The notes under the pieces were generated by a model. The model was not told the DNA's origin. It did no database searches and saw only the letters and a list, made by a program, of their open reading frames with translations. DNA of 64,000 nucleotides, taken from a virus. The stretch lies in IMG/VR virus record IMGVR_UViG_3300047157_000137, positions 5,681 through 69,680 of that record; one strand, 5' to 3'. The stretch's first letter is position 1. Each line of letters begins with the position of its first letter. Below, piece by piece: positions 1 to 8,906 of this stretch. Both the position numbers and the translations under genes were made by a program.

Positions 1-2373
1 ATGGATATAGTTGTTGCATCTGTAGAGATTGATAATGTTATACAAGATGGTGAGGTGTATTATTCTAAACCTCAAAATCAACCTACATATCCTAATCCAG
101 AAACGTTAAATAAACAGTTTAATAAAATTATAGAACAAACATTAGGTGTTGATTCTAAAAAAGTGTTTTCAGATATTGTTGCTAAAAGACGTGGGGCTAA
201 AAAAGGTAGGTTCAGACCGTTTGTTCCACCATCTATGGAAGATTTTCAAGGTTTAATGTATGATCTTTATACTAAAGGAACATTAGGTGAACAACAGATG
301 GCATGGGTTAAAAAGAATTTAATTGATCCATATCAAAAAGGTGTTGCTAACATAGATGTATATAGGCAAACGCTTAAACAAGACTATAAAGCTTTACTTA
401 AAAAGTTTCCTAATGTAAAAAAGAACTTAGGTAAAATAGTTCCTGGTACAGACTTTACACAAGATCAAGCTATAAGAGTTAGTTTGTGGACAAAAGCAGG
501 TTATGAAATACCTGGTATATCTAAACGTGATGCTAAAAAATTAAATGATTTTGTAAACAAAAACCCTGAATTAGGTTTATTTGGCGAAGGCGCATTGCTT
601 GTAAGCAAACAAAATAAGTGGGCTAAGCCAGATCCGTATTGGGACGTACAGAGTATATTGTCTGACTTAAACAACTTTACAAACAACGTAGGTAGACAAC
701 AGTTTTTAGAAGAGTTTAATGCAAATATTGATGCTATATTTTCTAAAGAAAATTTAAATAAGCTAGAAGCATCCTTAGGTAGCAATTGGCGATCTGCAAT
801 AGAAGACTCTTTGTATCGTATGCGAACTGGAACAAACAGGCCATCAGGCGCAGATAAACTTACTAATGCTTTTTTAAACTGGACTAATAATTCTATTGGT
901 GCTATCATGTTCTTTAACAGGAAGTCTGCGTTGTTACAAACCATATCTTCTGTAAATTTTTTAAATTGGAGTGATAATAATCCTGTAAAGGCAGCTATGG
1001 CTTTTGCCAATTTTCCTCAGTTTATAAAAGATTTTGCATTTTTATGGAACTCACCTAAGTTAAAACAAAGAAGAGCAGGTTTAAGAAGTGATGTTAACGA
1101 AGCGGAAATAGCGAACGCAGTTAGAGGTGCTACAAACAAAGCACAAGCAATGATTTCGTATTTACTTAAAATAGGTTTTACACCTACGCAACTTGCAGAT
1201 AGTTTTGCTATTGCATCGGGTGGTGCTACATTTTATAGAAACAGACTAAATACTTATAAAAAAGATGGATTAACAGAAGAAGAAGCTTCTAAAAAAGCTT
1301 TTGAAGATTTTTCTGAAACGTCAGAAGTTAGTCAGCAATCAGCAGATCCTATGTTTATATCTCAACAACAAGCGGGTATATTAGGTAGATTAATTTTAGC
1401 ATTTCAAAATACACCAGCTCAGGTTACTAGGTTGTTTAAAAAAGCTAGTAGAGACTTTATAAACGTTAGAGGCGATCAAAAAACTAACATGTCTAAAATG
1501 GTTTACTACGGCGCTGTTCAAGGATTAATATTTGCAGCTTTACAAAATGCTATATTTATAGGTATGGATGAAGACGATGAAGATGAAGACGTACAAAGAA
1601 GAAAAGAATTAAAACAATCAAGAGTATTACATAGTATGACAGATACTTTATTAAGAGGATCTGGTGTTTATGGAGCTATTGTAGCTACACTTAAAAACAC
1701 TATTAACACTTATTATAGAGAAAAAGATAAAAGTGCTTTTGGAAAAGAAAATGCAAACGTAATATTAGAAGCATTAAATCTTTCACCACCTATAGGTTCA
1801 AAACTTAGAAAAATATCTAATGCTTTAAAGACAGAAGATTTTCAAGCAGATCAAATTGAAAAAATGGGATGGGATGTTACATATAAAGGTAGAGTTATTT
1901 TAAGCCCTAAGTATAATGTCATAGCCTCAACAACAGAAGCTGTAACAAATATACCATTAGAAAGAGCTATGAATGAATTTTTAGCTTTGTCTGAAATGAT
2001 GGATCAAAGAAACTCTACACTACAAAGAATAGCTTTAGCTTTAGGTTATAGAGCTTGGGATGTTGGTGCTAAAATAGAAGAGTTTGATGAAATTAAAATT
2101 GAAGCAAAAGAAGAAAGAGCTGCTGCATCAAAAGAAAGAGCTAGATTAAAAAGAGAAGAAGCCGCTAGAATAAAAGAAGCTAAAAAATACGAAGGTAAAA
2201 CACCTGAACAAATTGTTTACATAAAAAGATATGAAGTTATTATGAAACAAAAGAAAGACGAGCAGGTTAAAACTTTATCAGATTTTGGTTTAACTACAAA
2301 GCAAATTAAAGCTTTAAAGTATGAAAAAGATAGAGCTAAAAAAATATTAGAATTACAAGACGAAACTAAATAA
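1..2373 (+). CDS. C-terminal part of a large virion/ejection-type protein (probably 5'-truncated by the window edge)
   Basis: 790-aa open frame from base 1; helical, charged C-terminus; would follow the internal virion genes at the other window end if the genome is circularly permuted. Confidence 0.5.
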   Translation: MDIVVASVEIDNVIQDGEVYYSKPQNQPTYPNPETLNKQFNKIIEQTLGVDSKKVFSDIVAKRRGAKKGRFRPFVPPSMEDFQGLMYDLYTKGTLGEQQMAWVKKNLIDPYQKGVANIDVYRQTLKQDYKALLKKFPNVKKNLGKIVPGTDFTQDQAIRVSLWTKAGYEIPGISKRDAKKLNDFVNKNPELGLFGEGALLVSKQNKWAKPDPYWDVQSILSDLNNFTNNVGRQQFLEEFNANIDAIFSKENLNKLEASLGSNWRSAIEDSLYRMRTGTNRPSGADKLTNAFLNWTNNSIGAIMFFNRKSALLQTISSVNFLNWSDNNPVKAAMAFANFPQFIKDFAFLWNSPKLKQRRAGLRSDVNEAEIANAVRGATNKAQAMISYLLKIGFTPTQLADSFAIASGGATFYRNRLNTYKKDGLTEEEASKKAFEDFSETSEVSQQSADPMFISQQQAGILGRLILAFQNTPAQVTRLFKKASRDFINVRGDQKTNMSKMVYYGAVQGLIFAALQNAIFIGMDEDDEDEDVQRRKELKQSRVLHSMTDTLLRGSGVYGAIVATLKNTINTYYREKDKSAFGKENANVILEALNLSPPIGSKLRKISNALKTEDFQADQIEKMGWDVTYKGRVILSPKYNVIASTTEAVTNIPLERAMNEFLALSEMMDQRNSTLQRIALALGYRAWDVGAKIEEFDEIKIEAKEERAAASKERARLKREEAARIKEAKKYEGKTPEQIVYIKRYEVIMKQKKDEQVKTLSDFGLTTKQIKALKYEKDRAKKILELQDETK

Positions 2374-2375
2374 AT

Positions 2376-2756
2376 ATGAAATTATGGAAAATTGCCCTTT
2401 GTGTGGTGGCCATGCTGGCTGCTGCTAGTTGTGGAACTTACAACGTTAAACCTAAAATACAAATTACACATGTTTTAGCGGTCACTGAACAAGGTGATAC
2501 GTTAAGGCTACCTATTAATATGATTAAACCAAACGTTTACTACAACGTTATATCATATCCTAATAGATATTATGGCGGCTGGTATAATAATTATTATCAA
2601 CCAAGCTACCATAATAATAGACCTATATATGCTCCTAGTAAAGGATCTAATGGATCTTCAAGCAATAATAATAACAATAACAATAACAAAATTGTTCCAA
2701 GAGACAATCCTGATAAAAGACCATCTGGAGAAGTATTATTAAAAGGTAAAAAATAA
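2376..2756 (+). CDS. Lipoprotein, possibly spanin-like
   Basis: Signal peptide with lipobox LAAASC; Asn-rich low-complexity tail. Confidence 0.5.
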   Translation: MKLWKIALCVVAMLAAASCGTYNVKPKIQITHVLAVTEQGDTLRLPINMIKPNVYYNVISYPNRYYGGWYNNYYQPSYHNNRPIYAPSKGSNGSSSNNNNNNNNKIVPRDNPDKRPSGEVLLKGKK

Positions 2757-2759
2757 ATT

Positions 2760-3059
2760 ATGAAAAACGAAGTAGGTGTAGACATAGACGGTGATGGAAA
2801 GCCAGATTTAAGTTTAGATTTAAAAACTATTATACTAATAGTAGGTGGTTTAATATCTATAACAATGACTTATACTACTTTGACTGAGCAAATTCAGTTA
2901 AACAAACAAGGTATTGAAGAGGCTAAAAAACTACCGCCTCAACAGTCGCATGAAGTTATAGATCAAAAGCTTTTATATCTTGAAGAAATGATGGATAAGC
3001 TTGCTGAAGATCATGATAAACGTTTAGATAAACTAGAAGATAAAATTTACAGAAGATAA
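2760..3059 (+). CDS. Single-TM coiled-coil membrane protein
   Basis: LDLKTI followed by a hydrophobic helix and coiled coil; paralogous to the next ORF. Confidence 0.5.
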   Translation: MKNEVGVDIDGDGKPDLSLDLKTIILIVGGLISITMTYTTLTEQIQLNKQGIEEAKKLPPQQSHEVIDQKLLYLEEMMDKLAEDHDKRLDKLEDKIYRR

Positions 3060-3062
3060 AAC

Positions 3063-3359
3063 ATGGCAACAAAAATTGGAGAAGACACTCAAGTACAACT
3101 AGACCTTAAAACAATTGGAATGATTGTTGGAGGAGTAATAGCTTTGGCAAGTATGTGGTTTACTTTGCAAAGTGATATACAGGAGCTTAAAAATAAAGCA
3201 AATCCTGAGGAGTTTGTAAAACAAATGGAGTTTCAACTTAAAGATGAGTTGATACGTTCTACAATTTTACAAATAGAAAAATCTACTGAAGGTTTAAAAG
3301 AAGATATTTTAGACAATAAAGAATCAATAGAAAAAATAGAAGATAAAATATACCAATGA
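3063..3359 (+). CDS. Single-TM coiled-coil membrane protein (paralogue of 2760..3059)
   Basis: LDLKTI...GG hydrophobic helix; both proteins end with EDKIY. Confidence 0.5.
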   Translation: MATKIGEDTQVQLDLKTIGMIVGGVIALASMWFTLQSDIQELKNKANPEEFVKQMEFQLKDELIRSTILQIEKSTEGLKEDILDNKESIEKIEDKIYQ

Positions 3360-3679
3360 AAAATTTAATTACAATTATATTTATGTTGTTCACTTTTTTA
3401 GTAACAGCACAGGATTATACTTTAATGCATATAAATGCACAGTGGAATCAAAGAAATAATTTTGATTTAAGAGGTATTAAAGAGGCAAAAATACAATATG
3501 CATTATTAGAAGATCAAGCACCTTCTTTAAGAGCTCAAATAAAATCTGTGCCAATAATTATATTACTTGATAAAGATGGTAAACCAAGAGGTCGATGGAA
3601 TGCAAATTTAAGTTTTAAAATAACGGCTTCAAAAGAAGAAATTCAAAATAGAATATATTTTTTACTATCTCAAAACTAA
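3356..3679 (+). CDS. Exported thioredoxin-fold protein lacking CxxC
   Basis: Signal peptide; F/I-x-A-x-W position followed by NQRN instead of CxxC; cis-Pro motif SVPIIILL. Confidence 0.5.
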   Translation: MKNLITIIFMLFTFLVTAQDYTLMHINAQWNQRNNFDLRGIKEAKIQYALLEDQAPSLRAQIKSVPIIILLDKDGKPRGRWNANLSFKITASKEEIQNRIYFLLSQN

Positions 3680-3728
3680 CTAGGAATAAAAAAAAATGGG
3701 CACCATACCCAAAAATTCCTGTAACAAG

Positions 3729-3760
3729 AAAGGGAGCTATGAAAATAGCCCCCTTTTTTT
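3729..3760 (+). terminator. Rho-independent terminator at the convergence of the two transcription arms
   Basis: AAAGGGAGCTAT-GAAA-ATAGCCCCCTTT hairpin followed by a T run. Confidence 0.75.
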
Positions 3761-3822
3761 ATATAATCAACTCCCACCAACCACTCATTTCCTCCGCTGG
3801 TGATCAACCCAACGAACGTTGA

Positions 3823-5571
3823 TTATCCGTCACAACTAAGACAGCCGTCATCCATTGCTTGTTCAGCAATATCTCCACGTAACACTGACTCAGTTCGAGT
3901 ATAGTATAAGGTTTTAATACCTTTTTTCCAAGCTTCAAAATGTACTTTATTTATCCACTTAGGTGTAGCAACACTAGGAAAAGCTAAGTTTAAACTTACG
4001 CTTTGATCTATATACTGTTGTCTTATACCCGCTTGATTAATTAACTCTAACTGATTAATTTCTTTGAAAGTTTTGAAAATTTCTTTGACCGGTATATCGT
4101 GAGGACCGTATGTAATTTTGTCTAATGCTTTTAATCCCTGTATTGATCCTCCGTCTTTTAGTATTTGATTCCATGTTTTTTCAGTATCTATTTTATGCTT
4201 GCGTAATATTTTTTTTAATGTTGGGTTTTTTCTTATAAAAGTACCTTTAGCGCTTTGTTCTGTAAATACATTTGCTGCCCATGGTTCTATTCCTGGCGAT
4301 ACGTTTCCACTAAGCTTACTGTTAGATACAGTGGGAGCGATAGCGCGAAGATGGGTATTGCGAAAACCAGTACCGACACACCAAAGAGGTTCTCCAAAAG
4401 CTTCAGCCAAAGACATTGAAGCTCGTTCAGACTCGATTTTAATTTGTGAGAAAATTTTTCTTGTTTCATATTGTGATAATAAACCTTCAAATGGTAGACC
4501 CTTTTCTTGTAGATACGTGTGCCAACCTAAAACGCCTAATCCTAAAGCTCTACCTTTTTCAGCAGATCTTACAGAATTATGAAATCCAACTTTACCTTTG
4601 GATCTCTGTATAAACTCTTCTAATACACCATCTAAAAACCATATAGCATCATGTATTAAGTTGCTTCCTTTCCATTCATCGTACTTAGCTAGATTTAAAC
4701 TAGATAGACAACAAACAAAACTATGTGACTCATCTGTATGTAATGTAATTTCACTACATATGTTTGTCATGTGTACTTTAAGCCCGTGTTTTTTGTAAGC
4801 TGGTGGGTTACACTTGTTTGTATTCCCCTTAAATAACACGTAAGGTTCTCCAGTAGCTTTACGCTTTTGAAGTAATTTTCCCCAACGTTTTCTAGCTGCT
4901 CCATCTCCTGATTCAACTCGTCGCATAAACTTGTCGCCGACCACAGCGCACTGGTGCAGGTTGAGCGATTGACGGTTAACGTCTCCTTTAGGTTCACGTA
5001 TTTCGAGCCACTCATCGAAATCGGGGTGTTCAATGTTAAGATTAACCGATGCAGCTCCTCGTCGGACAGATCCTTGATTAGTGGCAAGTATTGTTGAATC
5101 GTATATCTTACAAAAAGGCACAACTCCATCACTTGTTCCATTTCCTTTAATTTTTGCACTGGCGGGTCTGATTTGATTAATTCCGATACCTACTCCACCA
5201 CCGTGCTTTGCGAGTAGCATCATCTCTAGGTTTTTACTACCTATATCGTATATACTGTCAGCAACATCTATACCAAAACAACTGATCGGTAAACCCCTGT
5301 CTGTACCTGTATTAGACAACACAGGAGACGCAAGACATAACCAACCTGACCAAATGTATTCAAAGAATTTTTCAGCCATATCAGGACGTTCTAAACGTCT
5401 TGCCACAGTATTACAAACTCTATGATATGCGTCTTTAGGCGATTCATCTTTTAAAAGATAACCACCGCCAATTGTTTTTTTATATACGTCAGTATCACCC
5501 CAAGCAGGGTAATCAACACCTTTTTTCCATTCGTTATTCCACATTTGTTTCAAACTTTTTTTCTGGTTCAA
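3823..5571 (-). CDS. nrdA: Ribonucleotide reductase class I large subunit (short form, no ATP cone)
   Basis: ISCF, GGGVG, TNICSEI, IAPT, KTLYY and C-terminal CLSC motifs. Confidence 0.95.
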   Translation of the reverse strand: MNQKKSLKQMWNNEWKKGVDYPAWGDTDVYKKTIGGGYLLKDESPKDAYHRVCNTVARRLERPDMAEKFFEYIWSGWLCLASPVLSNTGTDRGLPISCFGIDVADSIYDIGSKNLEMMLLAKHGGGVGIGINQIRPASAKIKGNGTSDGVVPFCKIYDSTILATNQGSVRRGAASVNLNIEHPDFDEWLEIREPKGDVNRQSLNLHQCAVVGDKFMRRVESGDGAARKRWGKLLQKRKATGEPYVLFKGNTNKCNPPAYKKHGLKVHMTNICSEITLHTDESHSFVCCLSSLNLAKYDEWKGSNLIHDAIWFLDGVLEEFIQRSKGKVGFHNSVRSAEKGRALGLGVLGWHTYLQEKGLPFEGLLSQYETRKIFSQIKIESERASMSLAEAFGEPLWCVGTGFRNTHLRAIAPTVSNSKLSGNVSPGIEPWAANVFTEQSAKGTFIRKNPTLKKILRKHKIDTEKTWNQILKDGGSIQGLKALDKITYGPHDIPVKEIFKTFKEINQLELINQAGIRQQYIDQSVSLNLAFPSVATPKWINKVHFEAWKKGIKTLYYTRTESVLRGDIAEQAMDDGCLSCDG

Positions 5572-5785
5572 TTTTTTCTTTAGCTTGTTTTTGTTGTTCT
5601 TTTAATTTTTCTATAGCTTCATCATAACCAGGCATTAGTTTTATTGTTTCAAAAACACCAAAAGCTACATTACTTAATTTTTGTAATTCAGGTATCATTT
5701 GTCTTAGCATACCTTCTAGGTTAGCTATTCTATTTTGCATTTCTATTAATTTACTTTCTTTCATGATATAAAATGTTTTAGCCAA
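5534..5785 (-). CDS. Hypothetical coiled-coil protein (true start probably MKESK)
   Basis: ORF in operon orientation between nrdB and nrdA. Confidence 0.6.
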   Translation of the reverse strand: MAKTFYIMKESKLIEMQNRIANLEGMLRQMIPELQKLSNVAFGVFETIKLMPGYDEAIEKLKEQQKQAKEKIEPEKKFETNVE

Positions 5786-6012
5786 GCTGTTAGGCCATTA
5801 ATATTTAAAGCAACTAAGTTCCATTGCTTACGTGATGCTGTTTGTACTCCAACGCAAATAAAACCAACTATATACAAAGCTGGTTCTATTGTCCATTGTG
5901 CTGCTACCAGAAAACCTGCTCCCATATAACCTATACGGGTAGCTAGTCTTTCGCTAGGTTTTAGTCTTCTTTTTCTTTCTATTAAAAACCTTAGCAGTTT
6001 GTATCTTACCAT
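5761..6012 (-). CDS. Small multi-TM membrane protein (PnuC/SemiSWEET-like architecture)
   Basis: About three hydrophobic segments; KQWNLVALN motif. Confidence 0.45.
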   Translation of the reverse strand: MVRYKLLRFLIERKRRLKPSERLATRIGYMGAGFLVAAQWTIEPALYIVGFICVGVQTASRKQWNLVALNINGLTAWLKHFIS

Positions 6013-6983
6013 ACGTCTTCGAAATCTTCACCTTCATTAGCTTTACTATAGTCAGTCGGCCTAATAGCAAAGAAATCAGTGTGAGTGTGACCCCCGGTAA
6101 GATGATCAAACCAAGCCATTTTATCAATTGACTTTTGGTCATATTCAAATTTAAATTTTCCTTCTGCTTTATAACCCAATTCTTTAAGTTTATCACCTGT
6201 ACGTTTTTTAATAAAATGTTTTAGGTCATACTCAGTTATACCTTCAATATCACCCATTTCAAACAACTTAGATATGTAAGTCATCTCAGCATTGTGCATA
6301 GTTAAAGCTGCATCATATACATGCTCCTTACATTCTTCTTTTAATCCTGGTATTTGAGAACACATATGTCTGAATAATTGACAACCCATTTTGCTATGTA
6401 ATGATTCATCTCTTACAGACCATTTCATTTGTTGGCCGATACCTTTAAGCATGTTTCTCATTTGAAAACTGTATAGTACAGCAAAGGCAGAATATAGACT
6501 AACCCCTTCAGCAAAAGCAGAAAAAGTAGCAAGAGACTTACCAATACCAACAGGATCGGACCCGCCATAACTAACCAGGTTATCAAACCTTGCAGCAGTA
6601 GCAGGCTCATGGAGAAAAGCTTCGTAATCTTCGAGTCCAAGTGTTTCATTTAAATAACTATAAGCTACAGCATGTATTGTTTCTTGTGAGCCGAACATCA
6701 TAGCCATTTGCTGTATCTCATGTTTTGGAAACCATGATACGACATTTTGTGTCCAGTAATCTGACACTGCACATTCTGTTTGTGCAAAACCTAACAGTAT
6801 GTTACCTACTAAGTTTTTTTCTTCTGGAGTTAGTTTTTCGTTCCAGTCTTTAACATCTCCGCTCATAGGTATTTCAGTGTGTAACCAAAATGCTTGAGCT
6901 TGCTTTAACCAACCTTCAGTGTAATATTCAGGATATTCAAAAGGCTTATATGGTATTCTCTCTGTAAATAGTGGTATTCCCAT
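6006..6983 (-). CDS. nrdB: Ribonucleotide reductase class I small subunit
   Basis: QETIHAVAYS, AEGVSLYSAF, RDESLH and DFF motifs. Confidence 0.95.
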   Translation of the reverse strand: MGIPLFTERIPYKPFEYPEYYTEGWLKQAQAFWLHTEIPMSGDVKDWNEKLTPEEKNLVGNILLGFAQTECAVSDYWTQNVVSWFPKHEIQQMAMMFGSQETIHAVAYSYLNETLGLEDYEAFLHEPATAARFDNLVSYGGSDPVGIGKSLATFSAFAEGVSLYSAFAVLYSFQMRNMLKGIGQQMKWSVRDESLHSKMGCQLFRHMCSQIPGLKEECKEHVYDAALTMHNAEMTYISKLFEMGDIEGITEYDLKHFIKKRTGDKLKELGYKAEGKFKFEYDQKSIDKMAWFDHLTGGHTHTDFFAIRPTDYSKANEGEDFEDVW

Positions 6984-7108
6984 TAGCGTCCTTGGCCTCT
7001 ATATTGTTTCTTATAACCGGTTTGTCCCCTTGAGGCATTTTTAGAGTGGACACCTGGTCGTCTTGTTTTTGTTTTTCTTGTGTAATTTGTTAATACTATT
7101 TTTGCCAT
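6983..7108 (-). CDS. Small basic protein ending YRGQGR (41 aa, not in ORF track)
   Basis: MAKIVLTNYTRKTKTRRPGVHSKNASRGQTGYKKQYRGQGR; TAATG coupling on both sides. Confidence 0.65.
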   Translation of the reverse strand: MAKIVLTNYTRKTKTRRPGVHSKNASRGQTGYKKQYRGQGR

Positions 7109-7263
7109 TATTCTTCGTAATAAAAGCTTAAACAAATATCTATAAAACCTAAATAAAGTACGTGATCAACTTGATAATCACCATCTTCGTATGATCTTAT
7201 GCCAAATAGTATACCTGGAAAAAATCCTGTAGATAATTCCCATGAAGTATGTTTTTTAATCAT
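7108..7263 (-). CDS. Hypothetical protein (51 aa, not in ORF track)
   Basis: MIKKHTSWELSTGFFPGILFGIRSY...; translationally coupled to neighbours. Confidence 0.6.
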   Translation of the reverse strand: MIKKHTSWELSTGFFPGILFGIRSYEDGDYQVDHVLYLGFIDICLSFYYEE

Positions 7264-7420
7264 AACATTTTATATTATATTGATTGTGTATATTTATAAG
7301 ATCTTTCCATTTTAAATAACCTCTTTTATTAATTGTCCATTTAATATAAGTATCGATCTTACGTTCTTTGTATTTAGTTCTAGCTATATGTTTAGAGGCT
7401 AGTTTGTTTTTTCTTTGCAT
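7256..7420 (-). CDS. Hypothetical basic protein (54 aa, not in ORF track)
   Basis: MQRKNKLASKHIARTKYKERKID...; fills a gap in the operon. Confidence 0.55.
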   Translation of the reverse strand: MQRKNKLASKHIARTKYKERKIDTYIKWTINKRGYLKWKDLINIHNQYNIKCYD

Positions 7421-7877
7421 TTGTTCTAAGATTTTTTCTCATGATTTCTATCTGCTTGATAGTTTCATCACAGTCTTTTTGGTTTTGAGGTTTAAACAAT
7501 GCTATACTAGGTGAATGTTGTGCTATCCATGATTTAAATAATTTCCATCTAAGTGGAAATGATTCATTAGCTCTACCCTTACATTCAATTATAAAATCTC
7601 TACCTACAAAATCTGGTTTGTATTTTATAGGTAAAATCTTTTTACAACCTCTATCTTTGTATTCACCTTTACCATTAGCTTGTTTTTCAAAGCATATACC
7701 TTCGTAATCAAAACCGTTAAGCAGAGTATAGCTTGTAGGCTCATACTCAGCTACGATTCTAGCTTCTTTCAAAGCTTTGTACATATATACTTCTAGTCCT
7801 GATGCAAACTTAATACCATCGTGTATTACTTTTTTTGCTCGGACTGGTCCTCTTTTACGTTTATAAGACTTCTTCAT
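7392..7877 (-). CDS. T7 endonuclease I-like PD-(D/E)XK nuclease / Holliday junction resolvase
   Basis: FASGLE, YEP, YKPDF and IIECKG motifs. Confidence 0.75.
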   Translation of the reverse strand: MKKSYKRKRGPVRAKKVIHDGIKFASGLEVYMYKALKEARIVAEYEPTSYTLLNGFDYEGICFEKQANGKGEYKDRGCKKILPIKYKPDFVGRDFIIECKGRANESFPLRWKLFKSWIAQHSPSIALFKPQNQKDCDETIKQIEIMRKNLRTNAKKKQTSL

Positions 7878-8145
7878 TTACGTTTATATTAGTTACATCT
7901 TTGGTAAACCTATTGTATGCAACCTCTTCTATCTCATCTTGTAAACATCTTTTAGCTGCTTCAATATATAATAATGCATCCATTAATTCTTCTTGCACAT
8001 CAACCAAGAAACGATTAAGATCTTTTTCTTGGCCTTCAATTTCTTGCATCATTGTAGCTCCATATTTTTTCTGGCCTATTAAACTACGTTGGTCCATCTT
8101 CCTTAGTACTGCCTGTACTATCTTATCTTCTGTTTTAATCTTCAT
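7861..8145 (-). CDS. Small all-alpha NTP pyrophosphatase-like (MazG superfamily) protein
   Basis: RxxxGxKKYG and QEELMDALLY motifs. Confidence 0.5.
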   Translation of the reverse strand: MKIKTEDKIVQAVLRKMDQRSLIGQKKYGATMMQEIEGQEKDLNRFLVDVQEELMDALLYIEAAKRCLQDEIEEVAYNRFTKDVTNINVNEEVL

Positions 8146-8905
8146 CTTTTACAAATGTTCCGTTAATCATTTTACCTGTTCTTTCGTTTATAACTTCATA
8201 TGCAGATTGTATACATGTTTCAATATAAACACCTCGTTGATGAGCTAAGTTAGTTAAGACCACAACCATATCACCAATAGCATCAATAACTTCTGGTTGA
8301 TCATCTTTTAATAAAGCTTTAGCTAACTCACCAGCTTCTTCTTGTAGCTTAACATATTGAGTCATAGTATTTCCTTCTTTATACAAGCCTCTATCGTGTG
8401 CCCAAGTTCTAATTTTATCAAACATTACCTGACTTTTATTATAGTCTGGTATTTCCATGATTATATTAGTTTTAAAATACTCTGCAAAAGCTTTATTATA
8501 TATATAAGATCTATTATCATTATACATAGAAACTTTAGCGTTATCCATTATCCATTGTATTGTTTGCATATCTATGTAGAACTTACCGTGAGACGTATCC
8601 CATTTCATATTCATGTTATCCATAAGATGTCCTTTTAATTTGTTTAAAGGAACTGCAAAAGTTGAAGTTTGTTCTGTTACGTTTATTTTCATTTTCTTAA
8701 AAAGGTTTTTATATTTCTTTCTATCTACTTTATAGCCATAAGACTTTTGAAGTTCTATCTCTTTGTCCGATATATAATCTATATCGTCCGACTGATCAAG
8801 AACTTCATATTCACTAGAGCTATAGCCCTGAATTAATGTAACACGAGTATTAAGATCACGTGTAACACCAATCTTTTTACCTGGTATGTGGTATAAATAA
8901 TACAT
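8135..8905 (-). CDS. Fusion: N-terminal GIY-YIG-like domain plus C-terminal MazG-like nucleotide pyrophosphohydrolase
   Basis: N-term YYLYHIPGKKIGVTRDLNTR...KEIELQ; C-term KLQEEAGELAKA...DAIGDMVVVL...NGTFVK. Confidence 0.7.
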   Translation of the reverse strand: MYYLYHIPGKKIGVTRDLNTRVTLIQGYSSSEYEVLDQSDDIDYISDKEIELQKSYGYKVDRKKYKNLFKKMKINVTEQTSTFAVPLNKLKGHLMDNMNMKWDTSHGKFYIDMQTIQWIMDNAKVSMYNDNRSYIYNKAFAEYFKTNIIMEIPDYNKSQVMFDKIRTWAHDRGLYKEGNTMTQYVKLQEEAGELAKALLKDDQPEVIDAIGDMVVVLTNLAHQRGVYIETCIQSAYEVINERTGKMINGTFVKDED

Positions 8906-8906
8906 A

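Noticed and set aside
2664-2687. AAT/AAC microsatellite
   Set aside because: Simply encodes a poly-Asn linker in the lipoprotein
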